A stretch of 64,000 nucleotides of DNA from Promethearchaeota archaeon (lineage in GTDB: Archaea > Asgardarchaeota > Thorarchaeia > Thorarchaeales > Thorarchaeaceae): assembly GCA_014728035.1 (NCBI GenBank), contig WJMJ01000079.1:96001-160000 (forward strand), given 5' to 3'. The position numbers and the translations under genes were made by a program. Below are positions 1-9,378 of the stretch, in pieces. Under the pieces are notes generated by a model, which saw only the letters and a program-made list of their open reading frames with translations, made no database searches and was not told the origin of the DNA. The stretch's first letter is position 1. Each line of letters begins with the position of its first letter.

Positions 1-1
1 A

Positions 2-3000
2 AGTGTGTGGACCCAATATTTCGGTATTACATCAGCAATATTCTCTGGGCTTTCTCTATCATCGGAAATCATTGGATCTACTGAGGCGTACTTGAGCACA
101 CAGCAAGCGTCATCCGGTCATTATCGGAACTCCATGATGTTAGATACTCCCTCAATCCAATATAGTATAGCTGCAATCGAAACACTGCATCTTCTGAATT
201 CTCTTGGTACTATTCAATATCGATCAGAACTAGAAAACAAGATCCTTAGTGAATATTCGTCTGGTTTATGGTCTTCCGCGTCATGGACACTGAGACCATT
301 TGCTGGATGTCAGCCTGCAATAGATTATCTTTCCACTCGTGCTGCAGTTAGACTAGAAATTGTAACATCTACAATGGCCGATGAGATTGAAGCAGTTATT
401 ACCTCTCGAATACAATATGATGATTTATGGAAATTGAGTTGTGATGTCGCGACTCTTGCCTTGCTAAATTCTTCAGGATTTAGCGTCAACTTAGAATCTA
501 TTAACTGTACAAAAGTTTTGGAATCTTTGGGATCAAATCCATTTTCAGACGGGTGGTACAATTCTACAGAGTTATGGCAACCTGTTTATACTGCTCAGAT
601 TCTTGAAATGGTATCAATATTGGGAATCAGGACTCAACTTTGGGGCGTGAAAGGATCCATAATTTCTGTGTCTTGTTCACCAACAGTAGATATTAGAGAA
701 TCAATTGAACTCGCTATAGCAATTACGTCTGATATACCCGAAAACAGGTTGGTTGTTCATGCTTTCGGCATTTCACGTAGTTTTGATGATGTGCTATCAA
801 CTGATTCAATTAGCATTCCAATTCCTCAAGAAGCGAATGCTCTAGGCCCAGTCAATATATCTGTCATGGTAGTCAATTGGAATAAGTCACGAGGATTTGA
901 TATCTGTTCAGTTGATGTTCTCGGAAGTATCACGGGAAATTTAGAGGTTCATACACATCAGGTGCTTCCTGGCCAACTAATCAATTCTACTTTGTCATTC
1001 TACTTGGCTGATTCGATTGAACTTGATGATTGTAACATCTCAATAAAAGTTGAGAATTCTACCACCTCTTTTGATTGGTCATATATCGAATCATCTCCAT
1101 TTCAAATACAAACTCCTACTGACGAATTGACATCTGGTTCTTACGATATGATTGTTGAAGTTTCACACGAATTCTGTGATTCCTTATTACTCACTGATAC
1201 TGTGACGATTGAAGCACCCATTGCAACATATATTCAAACAGTCGGAAATCTATCTGTTTTAATAGGTGATAGTGCTACTATCAATTGGTCTCTCTGCTTC
1301 ATGTCTAATGATAGTTTTATCTCAGATCAGAAGGTTTTGCTTTCGATATATGATGATGAAAACCAGATAGTGAAACAGGAAACCATGATTTCAAAATCAA
1401 CTGTTCAAAGCTTTTCATGGAGCCCTGAGGTACGTGGAAACTACACTTATACTTTAGAGTTTGCACAAAATGGGTCTTTCGTTAGTTCAGAATCTACTTC
1501 ATTTATTGAAGTATTTGAACAGACCGAGTTGAGTTGGAAATCCGAAAGTATTGCATTTCAATATGACACTATAGCCTTAACAGGACGACTCACAAATACA
1601 TCTGGATTTGCAATACCCTCATCCGATATCCACGTTCAAGTAACATCTCCAATCTCTACAATTGTTATTGATTCAGTCTATCAAACAAATTCGACTGGGT
1701 ATATCACATTTCCATTGTCTTTGAATTTTAATGGATATTATCTAATACATCTGGAGTATAATGGAGAGTTCTATCGAACTGCAATTGATTTAGATACCTC
1801 ATTGCTTTCATGGACCGATACATCTGTAGATATCTTATCTTTTCCATCCGAAGGTATTGTTGATTCTCAATATTCTATAACTGCGCTACTCTCAGACTCA
1901 GTAGAGAATCCAATTTCTAATCAACCCATCCTTGTGAGAATTACCTATCTACCCTCCTTGATCGTCTATGAAAACACCTTCGTGACAAATGCATCCGGAC
2001 ACATTACGACAGATTGGTCCGGGTCAAGTGCTGGATCATATTATGTAGAAATAATCTTCTCAGGTTCGATAACTTATGGTACTTCGAATTCTTCCCATCA
2101 AATTGAGTTGCGTTTGAATCTCCAAATCAGTTTATATCCTGAAACTAGCTATGATGTTAATAATACTGGAAGTTTTCTAATTGAAGTGCTAGACCAAGAT
2201 GGTTATGAAGTTTCCAACATTCTAGTTCAAATTGCAATATACAATTCATCACATCAATTGGTCTATGAAACCTCTGCGCTTATTGAGTCAGGTTTCTGCG
2301 ATGTTACATGGACTCCTATTATGCGAGGTTGGATGAACTTCAGTGTTACTATTGATCGTCAACATTGGTATGAAAGTGAGTTTGCATGGACCGAAATCGC
2401 AGTGTACGATACTCCACTTCTCTCAGTTTCAGTTTCGGATGAACTAGTAGCTCCTTCAGTTATCAACTCGATTATTTTAGTACAAGATTCTAATCTACAC
2501 CCTATTGGGCTTGTTTCTGTCAATATTGAAGTTCAATTAGATGGGCAAGTAATCGAAACCTACTCAAATCAAACAGACTCGCAAGGTGAAATCATTCTAA
2601 CTATAAATGTTGAAAATCCTGGTGTTCTCTCCATATTCTCAACACTCACTTCTCAAGGATACCTTAGATTTAGGTCAAATGAAACTCAATATGATATACT
2701 TGGAAGTACAACTCTGACTCTTACTACCCCCACTCAACCAATATCTCAGGGAACGACGGTTGTAATTGTAGCAACTTTACTTAATTGGGATTCGAATCCA
2801 TTGGTTGGAAAGAATATTGATATTCGTGTTTCATGGTCTAATGGAACCTTGATCTTCTCAAACATCAAAACAACCAGCTCAGCTGGAAAAGCAAGTACTT
2901 CTTATACATTTTCTGTTGTAGGTGATTACTTGATTGAAGTTAGGTTCAATGGCGACTTGGATAACGCTAAATCAGAAAGTACCAAACCTCAGCGAGTTTA

Positions 3001-5899
3001 TATCACGCCCTCAGTTTATCTTGATGTCACTCAAACTTGCTATTTAGATGAACCCCTTTCCTTATCTATTGGCATCACAGACTATTATGGTAGTTTCATT
3101 CCTGGGAGAACTTTGTTAATTAGAATTCTAGAAGATGGTATTGTAATAAACGAAACACAGGTGGAATCTACATGTGATATATCAACTATCCTTTGGATTC
3201 CGTTGAATAGAGGAGTAATCTCCGTTGTCTTACTGCACGCAGGAGACCTTTACTTCTATTCGAATTCTACCGACGAAACAGTCACGATATACGAATCAAT
3301 ATCTGGTGCTTTAGAGTCTGATACATCCACTGTTGAATTGTTTGACAGCACTGAATTTACATATCAAATCATTGATGCCTCGGAAAATGAAAGTATACTG
3401 ATAGAGTTCCAAGTTCTGGGTGTAGACTTGATACCAGTCTGGATTGCTCAACAGTTAACCAACTCGTCTGGAATGGCATCGGTAAATTATTTGGCTGATG
3501 ATACGCATGGAATCCTAACTATTCGTGCTTTTCCTGTAGAGAGCGAGTTTCTTACTGGTGGAACGAAACAAATCCAGTTGACAGTACGAACCGATTGTTC
3601 ATCCTTTATTGGACTTGCACCTTTCCCTCCTGCTTTGGGTGGATCTGTTAATATTTCTATTCAAGTGCTTGATGAATTCTCAGAACCTTTACAATCTGTT
3701 AGAGTACTGGTCAGTTTAGAAGACCCATATGGTGAACCTGTTCAGTTTGGAATTTATTCCACTAAAATTGTCTATACTAACTCTGAAGGTTATGCTATTG
3801 TTGAATTTACTCCCCAAATTAGTGGTAGCTACAAAATATCATTAAGCTCGGATGGTAGTGATACTGTAAACAGTTTTTCCACCTCTGAGCATAAAACCAT
3901 CTATTGTCCCACCGGAATTTCCTTGCACCTAAATCAATCGGACATTAGAGTGGGTGATGGAATAATCATTTCAGCATGTTTGAATGATTATTTTACTTCA
4001 GCTATTCCTTCTCAGAATCTTACTTTCATTCTTGATGGACCTGGAAGTGCTGGTTTTGGCCCTCTGGATATAATCACTAATAGTTCCGGATATGCTGTAT
4101 TGGAGGTATCAATTCAGGCTGAAGGTCTATGGACCGTAGTAGTAGAATTTGATGGAATTGGAGTATATCTCGGTTCATTATCAAGTTATGAAATAGACGC
4201 AGACTATGGCACCTCTATCCTAATAGATCATGATTCTGACCAACAACCAGTAGCTGAAGTAGAATCTCTGTTTGTAGAGGTGCAACTAGTAGATGATGAT
4301 GATAGAGTATTAGAAGGATTTACAATCAGCTATTTTGTGTATCATGAAATATCTGGTCTTGTAGATTCCAATTCTATTATCCAAGATAGTCAAACTCCTC
4401 TTGGCATTAATATCTCATTCACAACAATGGGAGAACATACTATTGTTTTCAGTTTTTCAGGTACTACCCACTATCATCCATCATCGAACGCTATACTCTG
4501 CTGGGTTCTTGGTACAACATCTGTCAATGTATCTTTGCCATCCAGTATTGACAGGTCGGAGAATCGAAATGTTTCAATTAGAATCTTTGATGAAACTAGC
4601 TCACCCCTTCCTCCCTCTCAATCTTTTATGTTGTTAGAACTTATTTACGAGGAAAGCTCGATTAACATTGAAGACCGGATTTTCTGGCTTGATGACACAG
4701 TTAGGGTGAACATCACTGCACTCTCTATAGGTTTGTATACTCTACGAATAATTATTGAAAGCACCAATGAACGAATAGGATTGACTTCAGAATCCAGTTT
4801 CACAGTAACATCAAATGTAACCATAAATGTGATTGATGAAACCCTATCGGGGATTATAGATGAAGAACACAGCATAACAATTATGCTTCATGATTCACTA
4901 GATGTTGAGGTCCCCAATCTTGAAGTTCAGGTAAGTATTTTCAATCCTAATAACAGAGAGATATTTGGAAATCCTCTCACGTCATATACATTAATTTCAG
5001 TAGAAGCTGGTGGCTATCAGATTTCCTTCACACCGTCTCTATCTGGAAACTATTCAATCGTCATTTCTTTCAATGGGAATCTCTTTTTGAGTTCTGCTAA
5101 TTATGAAAGAACTATACTTGCCCGTGTTCAGACACAATTATCCATTGAGATTTTCAATGATTGGGAATTCGGGGAATCAGTTTCTATTTCAGTAAATCTT
5201 GTCGGGGGTATTTCAAAAATGAAGGATGAATTGATTTTCATATCTATTTATCGTGATAGCACATTCGTATCTGATTATGAAATAAGTACCTCTGCAAATG
5301 GCATTGGCTCGATAGAAATTATGCCAGAACTATCTGGAAATTATGTGGTTATTGCAAAATACCAAGGAACCGATTACTTCGCACCAGCTATGATTGAGAG
5401 TACTTTCCAAATACTTCCTAGACTTTCTATTAGTCAAACTGGATCAACAGGCATTTATGTCGGACTTGATAGCACAATCCATTTTGAAATTAGAGTGGTT
5501 GGTGTTTCAACAGAATGGGTTGGAAATGTCAGTATTGAGATTTTCGATTCGGAAAACAAAAAAGTCGAAGAGAAAACTATCGAGATTAATTCATTTGAAA
5601 TCTTCTCAGTTTCATTCATACCTGAATCAGTAGGAGTATATTTCTTCAAATTTAATGTTAGCACAGTTCCAATTCTTACTAACCTGACACATGAATTTCA
5701 ATTCGAAGCATTCACTGTTCCTATATACATGCATCTTGATGTTGGAACAGTTCCTGTAGTCAGTGGCATTGGGATAATAGTTGTATTTGCTTTGATTTTT
5801 ACGCAGCGACTCAATAATGTTTCAGTAAAGTTACCCTCTGAATGGGGTTACGGGCGTTCTAGAGGTGAAGAGAAAAAGACTGCAATATCTTCAAGATAA
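2..5899 (+). CDS. Giant cell-surface protein (5'-truncated): helical N-terminal region, many ~100-aa Ig-like repeats, C-terminal membrane anchor
   Basis: Frame is open from the window start. Recurrent T-N/D-S-x-G motifs (QTNSTGYI, VTNASGHI, QTDSQGEI, LTNSSGMA, YTNSEGYA, ITNSSGYA) and G-x-Y-x-I...F-x-G motifs typical of Ig-like beta-sandwich repeats; many NxS/T sequons; C-terminal hydrophobic helix VPVVSGIGIIVVFALIF followed by a charged tail. Confidence 0.8.
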   Translation, partial: SVWTQYFGITSAIFSGLSLSSEIIGSTEAYLSTQQASSGHYRNSMMLDTPSIQYSIAAIETLHLLNSLGTIQYRSELENKILSEYSSGLWSSASWTLRPFAGCQPAIDYLSTRAAVRLEIVTSTMADEIEAVITSRIQYDDLWKLSCDVATLALLNSSGFSVNLESINCTKVLESLGSNPFSDGWYNSTELWQPVYTAQILEMVSILGIRTQLWGVKGSIISVSCSPTVDIRESIELAIAITSDIPENRLVVHAFGISRSFDDVLSTDSISIPIPQEANALGPVNISVMVVNWNKSRGFDICSVDVLGSITGNLEVHTHQVLPGQLINSTLSFYLADSIELDDCNISIKVENSTTSFDWSYIESSPFQIQTPTDELTSGSYDMIVEVSHEFCDSLLLTDTVTIEAPIATYIQTVGNLSVLIGDSATINWSLCFMSNDSFISDQKVLLSIYDDENQIVKQETMISKSTVQSFSWSPEVRGNYTYTLEFAQNGSFVSSESTSFIEVFEQTELSWKSESIAFQYDTIALTGRLTNTSGFAIPSSDIHVQVTSPISTIVIDSVYQTNSTGYITFPLSLNFNGYYLIHLEYNGEFYRTAIDLDTSLLSWTDTSVDILSFPSEGIVDSQYSITALLSDSVENPISNQPILVRITYLPSLIVYENTFVTNASGHITTDWSGSSAGSYYVEIIFSGSITYGTSNSSHQIELRLNLQISLYPETSYDVNNTGSFLIEVLDQDGYEVSNILVQIAIYNSSHQLVYETSALIESGFCDVTWTPIMRGWMNFSVTIDRQHWYESEFAWTEIAVYDTPLLSVSVSDELVAPSVINSIILVQDSNLHPIGLVSVNIEVQLDGQVIETYSNQTDSQGEIILTINVENPGVLSIFSTLTSQGYLRFRSNETQYDILGSTTLTLTTPTQPISQGTTVVIVATLLNWDSNPLVGKNIDIRVSWSNGTLIFSNIKTTSSAGKASTSYTFSVVGDYLIEVRFNGDLDNAKSESTKPQRVYITPSVYLDVTQTCYLDEPLSLSIGITDYYGSFIPGRTLLIRILEDGIVINETQVESTCDISTILWIPLNRGVISVVLLHAGDLYFYSNSTDETVTIYESISGALESDTSTVELFDSTEFTYQIIDASENESILIEFQVLGVDLIPVWIAQQLTNSSGMASVNYLADDTHGILTIRAFPVESEFLTGGTKQIQLTVRTDCSSFIGLAPFPPALGGSVNISIQVLDEFSEPLQSVRVLVSLEDPYGEPVQFGIYSTKIVYTNSEGYAIVEFTPQISGSYKISLSSDGSDTVNSFSTSEHKTIYCPTGISLHLNQSDIRVGDGIIISACLNDYFTSAIPSQNLTFILDGPGSAGFGPLDIITNSSGYAVLEVSIQAEGLWTVVVEFDGIGVYLGSLSSYEIDADYGTSILIDHDSDQQPVAEVESLFVEVQLVDDDDRVLEGFTISYFVYHEISGLVDSNSIIQDSQTPLGINISFTTMGEHTIVFSFSGTTHYHPSSNAILCWVLGTTSVNVSLPSSIDRSENRNVSIRIFDETSSPLPPSQSFMLLELIYEESSINIEDRIFWLDDTVRVNITALSIGLYTLRIIIESTNERIGLTSESSFTVTSNVTINVIDETLSGIIDEEHSITIMLHDSLDVEVPNLEVQVSIFNPNNREIFGNPLTSYTLISVEAGGYQISFTPSLSGNYSIVISFNGNLFLSSANYERTILARVQTQLSIEIFNDWEFGESVSISVNLVGGISKMKDELIFISIYRDSTFVSDYEISTSANGIGSIEIMPELSGNYVVIAKYQGTDYFAPAMIESTFQILPRLSISQTGSTGIYVGLDSTIHFEIRVVGVSTEWVGNVSIEIFDSENKKVEEKTIEINSFEIFSVSFIPESVGVYFFKFNVSTVPILTNLTHEFQFEAFTVPIYMHLDVGTVPVVSGIGIIVVFALIFTQRLNNVSVKLPSEWGYGRSRGEEKKTAISSR

Positions 5900-5916
5900 C
5901 TTGGTATTTGTATAAC

Positions 5917-7887
5917 TTAGCTGATTTGACTTAAGAGACCTGATAGATCTTCATCCCACGAACCGTCTTGTCGAAGCAATCGCTGAAATCTATTATTTTT
6001 ATATGATTCAAAACCTCTTACATTATCGATTCTTACCACCATTCCATCATCCAAAGCGATAGCAGGTAATTGTTTCATAAGTTTGTATAGATCGGGTTGA
6101 GGAATTCGAGAAAATGCATAGAGTTTTTCCAAATTCTCAGATACATGAGCTGTTGTGGTTGGAAGGTATTTCAATAAGGCTCTAGTTAATGATAGAATCT
6201 TTGGTTTTGGCCCTTGCGCAATAGTCAGCACACTTGGGATACTATAGAAGGTTGGTCGGTAGAAGTAATCGAGTGCATTTACTCCTTTCAGTTTTTCAAA
6301 TGCAGAAATCATAGACTCGGGTTCAACGTCAAAATGGTTCCAGAATTCTTTTTTCTCGCCTACTGTTAGATATATCCTGTGAGTAGCTAAATCAAGAGCT
6401 TTTGCATCCGATTCTGAGAGTTTGATACTCTTTTTTCCTCTATATCCCGGATATTCGTTGTTTAACCGTCTCAACGTGTAATCCTTTTTCATTGCTTTGA
6501 GAATTTTAGGAACATCCACAAACCAGTCATTCTTTTCTTTATCGAAAATATCAAGATTAGTTTGAAATTTTGACCAACCTATCTCTGTAAACTTCTGGTC
6601 GGTTCTTCTTAGTCGCTCAATGGCGTTCTTTGGCATGTTCATGATCTGAATATATTCAGGTTTCAGAAGTGGATTTCCAAATTGTGCTAGTATTTCTAGG
6701 TGTTTGTGAGGCCATCGATGTGCAGCGCCTATATATACAATCCTAGGCAAGTTTATTGCATTGGTGTGATAAAAGGGGGTTATTCCAACTCCATACTCCA
6801 TGATAATCAGACGTTTTCTCCACAGCTCTTTAGATTTCCTTGCTGTTTCTTCTGATACTGGTGATTCAACTATGACTTTATTTTGTTTCATTAGGTTCTT
6901 GCAAATCTCAATTGCATCCCTGGTCCAATCTGGAAATTCTTCAGCAATCTTCTCCACTGCTAGTTGCCACGGCTCTTGATATCTCATTGCTTCCAAGCTT
7001 CTTTTCGGAAATTTGAGTTGCCCTTTAGCTGCCTGTTCAAATGCTTCTGCATATCTTGGAATGTTTGCATCATCCAACACACATTGGATATGGCCAAACA
7101 TCAGGGTATGCAATATGTATTTATCACCCAGATTTTCGAAGAACCGTGTCGAGTACATCTCATTTTTATCAAATTTGATTAACCATGCGTAGAAGATTCT
7201 TATCTCATTCCGAACACTCAATGGGAAGTCTGAAGGTATGTATCTATCAAGGGCTTCTCTTAATGTCTGTGGTTTGCTAGATGAAGAGATTGACATTTTT
7301 CCTCCCAACTTGGCTAGATCCGACCAAGATGGAGCCCCTTGATTGAGAATTTCGCTAAAATCATTTGATTGAAAAAACAAAGTTTTCATGATTTCTATAG
7401 ATTCATACTCCGTCTTCATGATTAGAAAATTTTTCTCATATTCTTTAATCAAACGAGAAACGAATAGATATCTTGTTTCGGGATCAAGTATTGTCAACCA
7501 ATACTTATTGGCTTCTGATGAATTGTTGATAAGGACAATCATTTCTCGCCCTTCACGATTGATACGGCTAACCCATGAACCATTGGTTTTTGGATACATG
7601 ATGACTGGTTTCATAATAGGACCTAATTGATAGCTTTTTTTCCCGACATATTGCACATGAATATCTACTGCGATTTCTTGAGCAAGTTTTTTTCTCTGAC
7701 TAATTCCAGAGTTATCCGTAAATATTTCATTATTAAAATACAGAATGACATCATTAGATCTATGTGAGAATGATTCAGTATCTGTTTTCACGGTATATCC
7801 GTCTGGAGTATATTCTATTATTGCCCATTCTTTCTGTCCTCCTCTAACAGATACCTTGATTCTAGTTCCTGAAACCTTGCTAGACAT
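5917..7887 (-). CDS. Hypothetical protein, possible C-terminal winged-helix plus Lrp/AsnC-like domain
   Basis: 656-aa ORF; C-terminal LSESDAKALDL...MISAFEKLKGVNAL pattern resembles a wHTH followed by a mixed alpha/beta domain. Function unassigned. Confidence 0.6.
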   Translation of the reverse strand: MSSKVSGTRIKVSVRGGQKEWAIIEYTPDGYTVKTDTESFSHRSNDVILYFNNEIFTDNSGISQRKKLAQEIAVDIHVQYVGKKSYQLGPIMKPVIMYPKTNGSWVSRINREGREMIVLINNSSEANKYWLTILDPETRYLFVSRLIKEYEKNFLIMKTEYESIEIMKTLFFQSNDFSEILNQGAPSWSDLAKLGGKMSISSSSKPQTLREALDRYIPSDFPLSVRNEIRIFYAWLIKFDKNEMYSTRFFENLGDKYILHTLMFGHIQCVLDDANIPRYAEAFEQAAKGQLKFPKRSLEAMRYQEPWQLAVEKIAEEFPDWTRDAIEICKNLMKQNKVIVESPVSEETARKSKELWRKRLIIMEYGVGITPFYHTNAINLPRIVYIGAAHRWPHKHLEILAQFGNPLLKPEYIQIMNMPKNAIERLRRTDQKFTEIGWSKFQTNLDIFDKEKNDWFVDVPKILKAMKKDYTLRRLNNEYPGYRGKKSIKLSESDAKALDLATHRIYLTVGEKKEFWNHFDVEPESMISAFEKLKGVNALDYFYRPTFYSIPSVLTIAQGPKPKILSLTRALLKYLPTTTAHVSENLEKLYAFSRIPQPDLYKLMKQLPAIALDDGMVVRIDNVRGFESYKNNRFQRLLRQDGSWDEDLSGLLSQIS

Positions 7888-7964
7888 GACCTTTACTCGT
7901 CATGAGAGAAGGAGTTGATATATTTAGATTTCCCTACAAGGAAAAACTTGATGAAAGAATTAGT

Positions 7965-7991
7965 ATGAGATGCCCGATGTGAGCATCTCAT
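7965..7991 (-). terminator. Hairpin plus U-rich tract terminator of an unannotated minus-strand transcript
   Basis: Perfect 9-bp stem ATGAGATGC/GCATCTCAT, followed on the minus strand by ACTAATTCTTTC...TTTTTCC. Confidence 0.55.
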
Positions 7992-8097
7992 GGGTTCGGA
8001 ATCTGAGGCTGGTGCTTACCAGGGGCCGTCAGATCCGCGGGGTGGGAATTCATTTGTCTTAGTCATTATTGTTCACTGAATATTAATTCCCTTCCCC
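7965..8097 (-). ncRNA. Candidate structured small RNA (three hairpins), possibly encoding a 16-aa peptide at 8066-8016
   Basis: GC-rich island in an AT-rich intergenic region; stems at 8039-8097, 7997-8037 and 7965-7991; mini-ORF MTKTNEFPPRGSDGPW. Confidence 0.45.
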
Positions 8098-8297
8098 AAT
8101 CGAAAATTCCCTATATCATTAGTAGCTAATCTAGATGCGAAAAATACCACTTACCTATCATAGTAATGCTATATTTCCGGGTAGCTTAAATTGCATCATT
8201 TGCAAATTAGTATGCAGTTGATAGTAGGTGGGAGCGAGTGCATACAGATTCTATACGAAACTCAACCATTAAAATATACAAAAAGAAAAGTAGTAGA

Positions 8298-8318
8298 GGG
8301 TCACATTTTACGTGACCC
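8298..8318 (-). terminator. Hairpin plus U-tract terminator of the tfb pair
   Basis: GGGTCAC-N7-GTGACCC 7 nt past the stop codon, followed on the minus strand by TCTACTACTTTTCTTTTT. Confidence 0.7.
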
Positions 8319-8325
8319 ACGAGTT

Positions 8326-9288
8326 TTACGGTGCCATTGTAATTTCAAGGGCATTAACTAGCTCCTTGTATCTGTTTCGTACAGTCACTTCGGTTACACC
8401 AGCACATGATGCTATCTCTCTTTGAGTGACCCTGTTGTCAACCAGAATTGATGCAATGTAAATGGCTGCTGCTGCGAGGCCTCGAGGGTCTCTCCCAGTG
8501 ATTAAGCCGTGTTGACTCTTTGCCATGTCTATGATTTCTACCGCCTTTGCCTGGACTTCTCCAGGAAGACCGAGTTCAGTGATAAATCGTGGAATGTAAT
8601 TGGTTGGTTCAGAGATTGGCATCTTGATTTTGAGCTTCATCACTAGCATACGATAGTGAGCACCCATTTTCTTTTTGGATACCCTGCTATGTTTAGCGAT
8701 CTCCTCGAGTGACCGCGGTGATTCGCGTAGTCTGCATGCAGCATATATTGCCGCTCCAACTGTTGCATCAATTGACCTGCTTTTAGCGAGTCTTTTGACG
8801 ATCAGTTTTCTGTAAAGCAAAGCTGCTAGCTCCTTGATGCTCTTGGTTAGACCAAGTTGTGATGCTAATCTGTCAAGCTCTGTCATTGCTTGAGCCAGGT
8901 TGCGATCCATTGAACTATGCACACGAGTTCGTATCTGCCACTTACGTAGTCTTGCTATTTGAGCACGTCTGCGAGATGAGAATTGTCTTCCTGACGAATC
9001 TCTATCACGCCAGTCAATCATTGTTGAGAGACCTTTGTCATGTATTGTATACGAACTTGGAGCTCCAGTTCTAGCACGGGAATCACGCTCTTCTGCTGTG
9101 AATGCTCGCCACTCTGGACCTGAGTCTATCCGATGATCGACCAGTACGAGTCCACAAGTAGCACAAATTGTCTCGCCTTTGGCACTGTCTAGAACCATAT
9201 CGGTTCCTCCACATTCCTGGCAAGTAATCTGCCCTGCGTTGTTTTCTTTGTGTGTTTCTTCCATTCTTGAATTGGTTTTGGTGGCCAT
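8326..9288 (-). CDS. tfb: Transcription initiation factor IIB (TFB), paralog 2
   Basis: Zn ribbon CQEC...CATC, B-reader IDSGPEWRAF, HDKGLST, LRKWQ, two cyclin repeats, HTH GVTEVTVRNRYKEL. Confidence 0.97.
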   Translation of the reverse strand: MATKTNSRMEETHKENNAGQITCQECGGTDMVLDSAKGETICATCGLVLVDHRIDSGPEWRAFTAEERDSRARTGAPSSYTIHDKGLSTMIDWRDRDSSGRQFSSRRRAQIARLRKWQIRTRVHSSMDRNLAQAMTELDRLASQLGLTKSIKELAALLYRKLIVKRLAKSRSIDATVGAAIYAACRLRESPRSLEEIAKHSRVSKKKMGAHYRMLVMKLKIKMPISEPTNYIPRFITELGLPGEVQAKAVEIIDMAKSQHGLITGRDPRGLAAAAIYIASILVDNRVTQREIASCAGVTEVTVRNRYKELVNALEITMAP

Positions 9289-9317
9289 GTTTGTTGTTTC
9301 TCTCTCCTGCTAATAGA

Positions 9318-9357
9318 GCTCTTTCGAGATGTCCCATTTGGGTCGTTGTGAAAGAGC
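9318..9357 (-). other. Intergenic stem-loop between the two tfb genes
   Basis: Outer stem GCTCTTTC/GAAAGAGC with an inner CCC/GGG hairpin. Confidence 0.45.
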
Positions 9358-9378
9358 CTTTTGGGATTCCTATTCACC

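Noticed and set aside
7948-8006. Plus-strand TGATGA...CCGA...CTGA resembling a C/D box sRNA
   Set aside because: The putative guides are about 20 nt and pair with each other, and the C' box is poor; the minus-strand terminator reading fits better.
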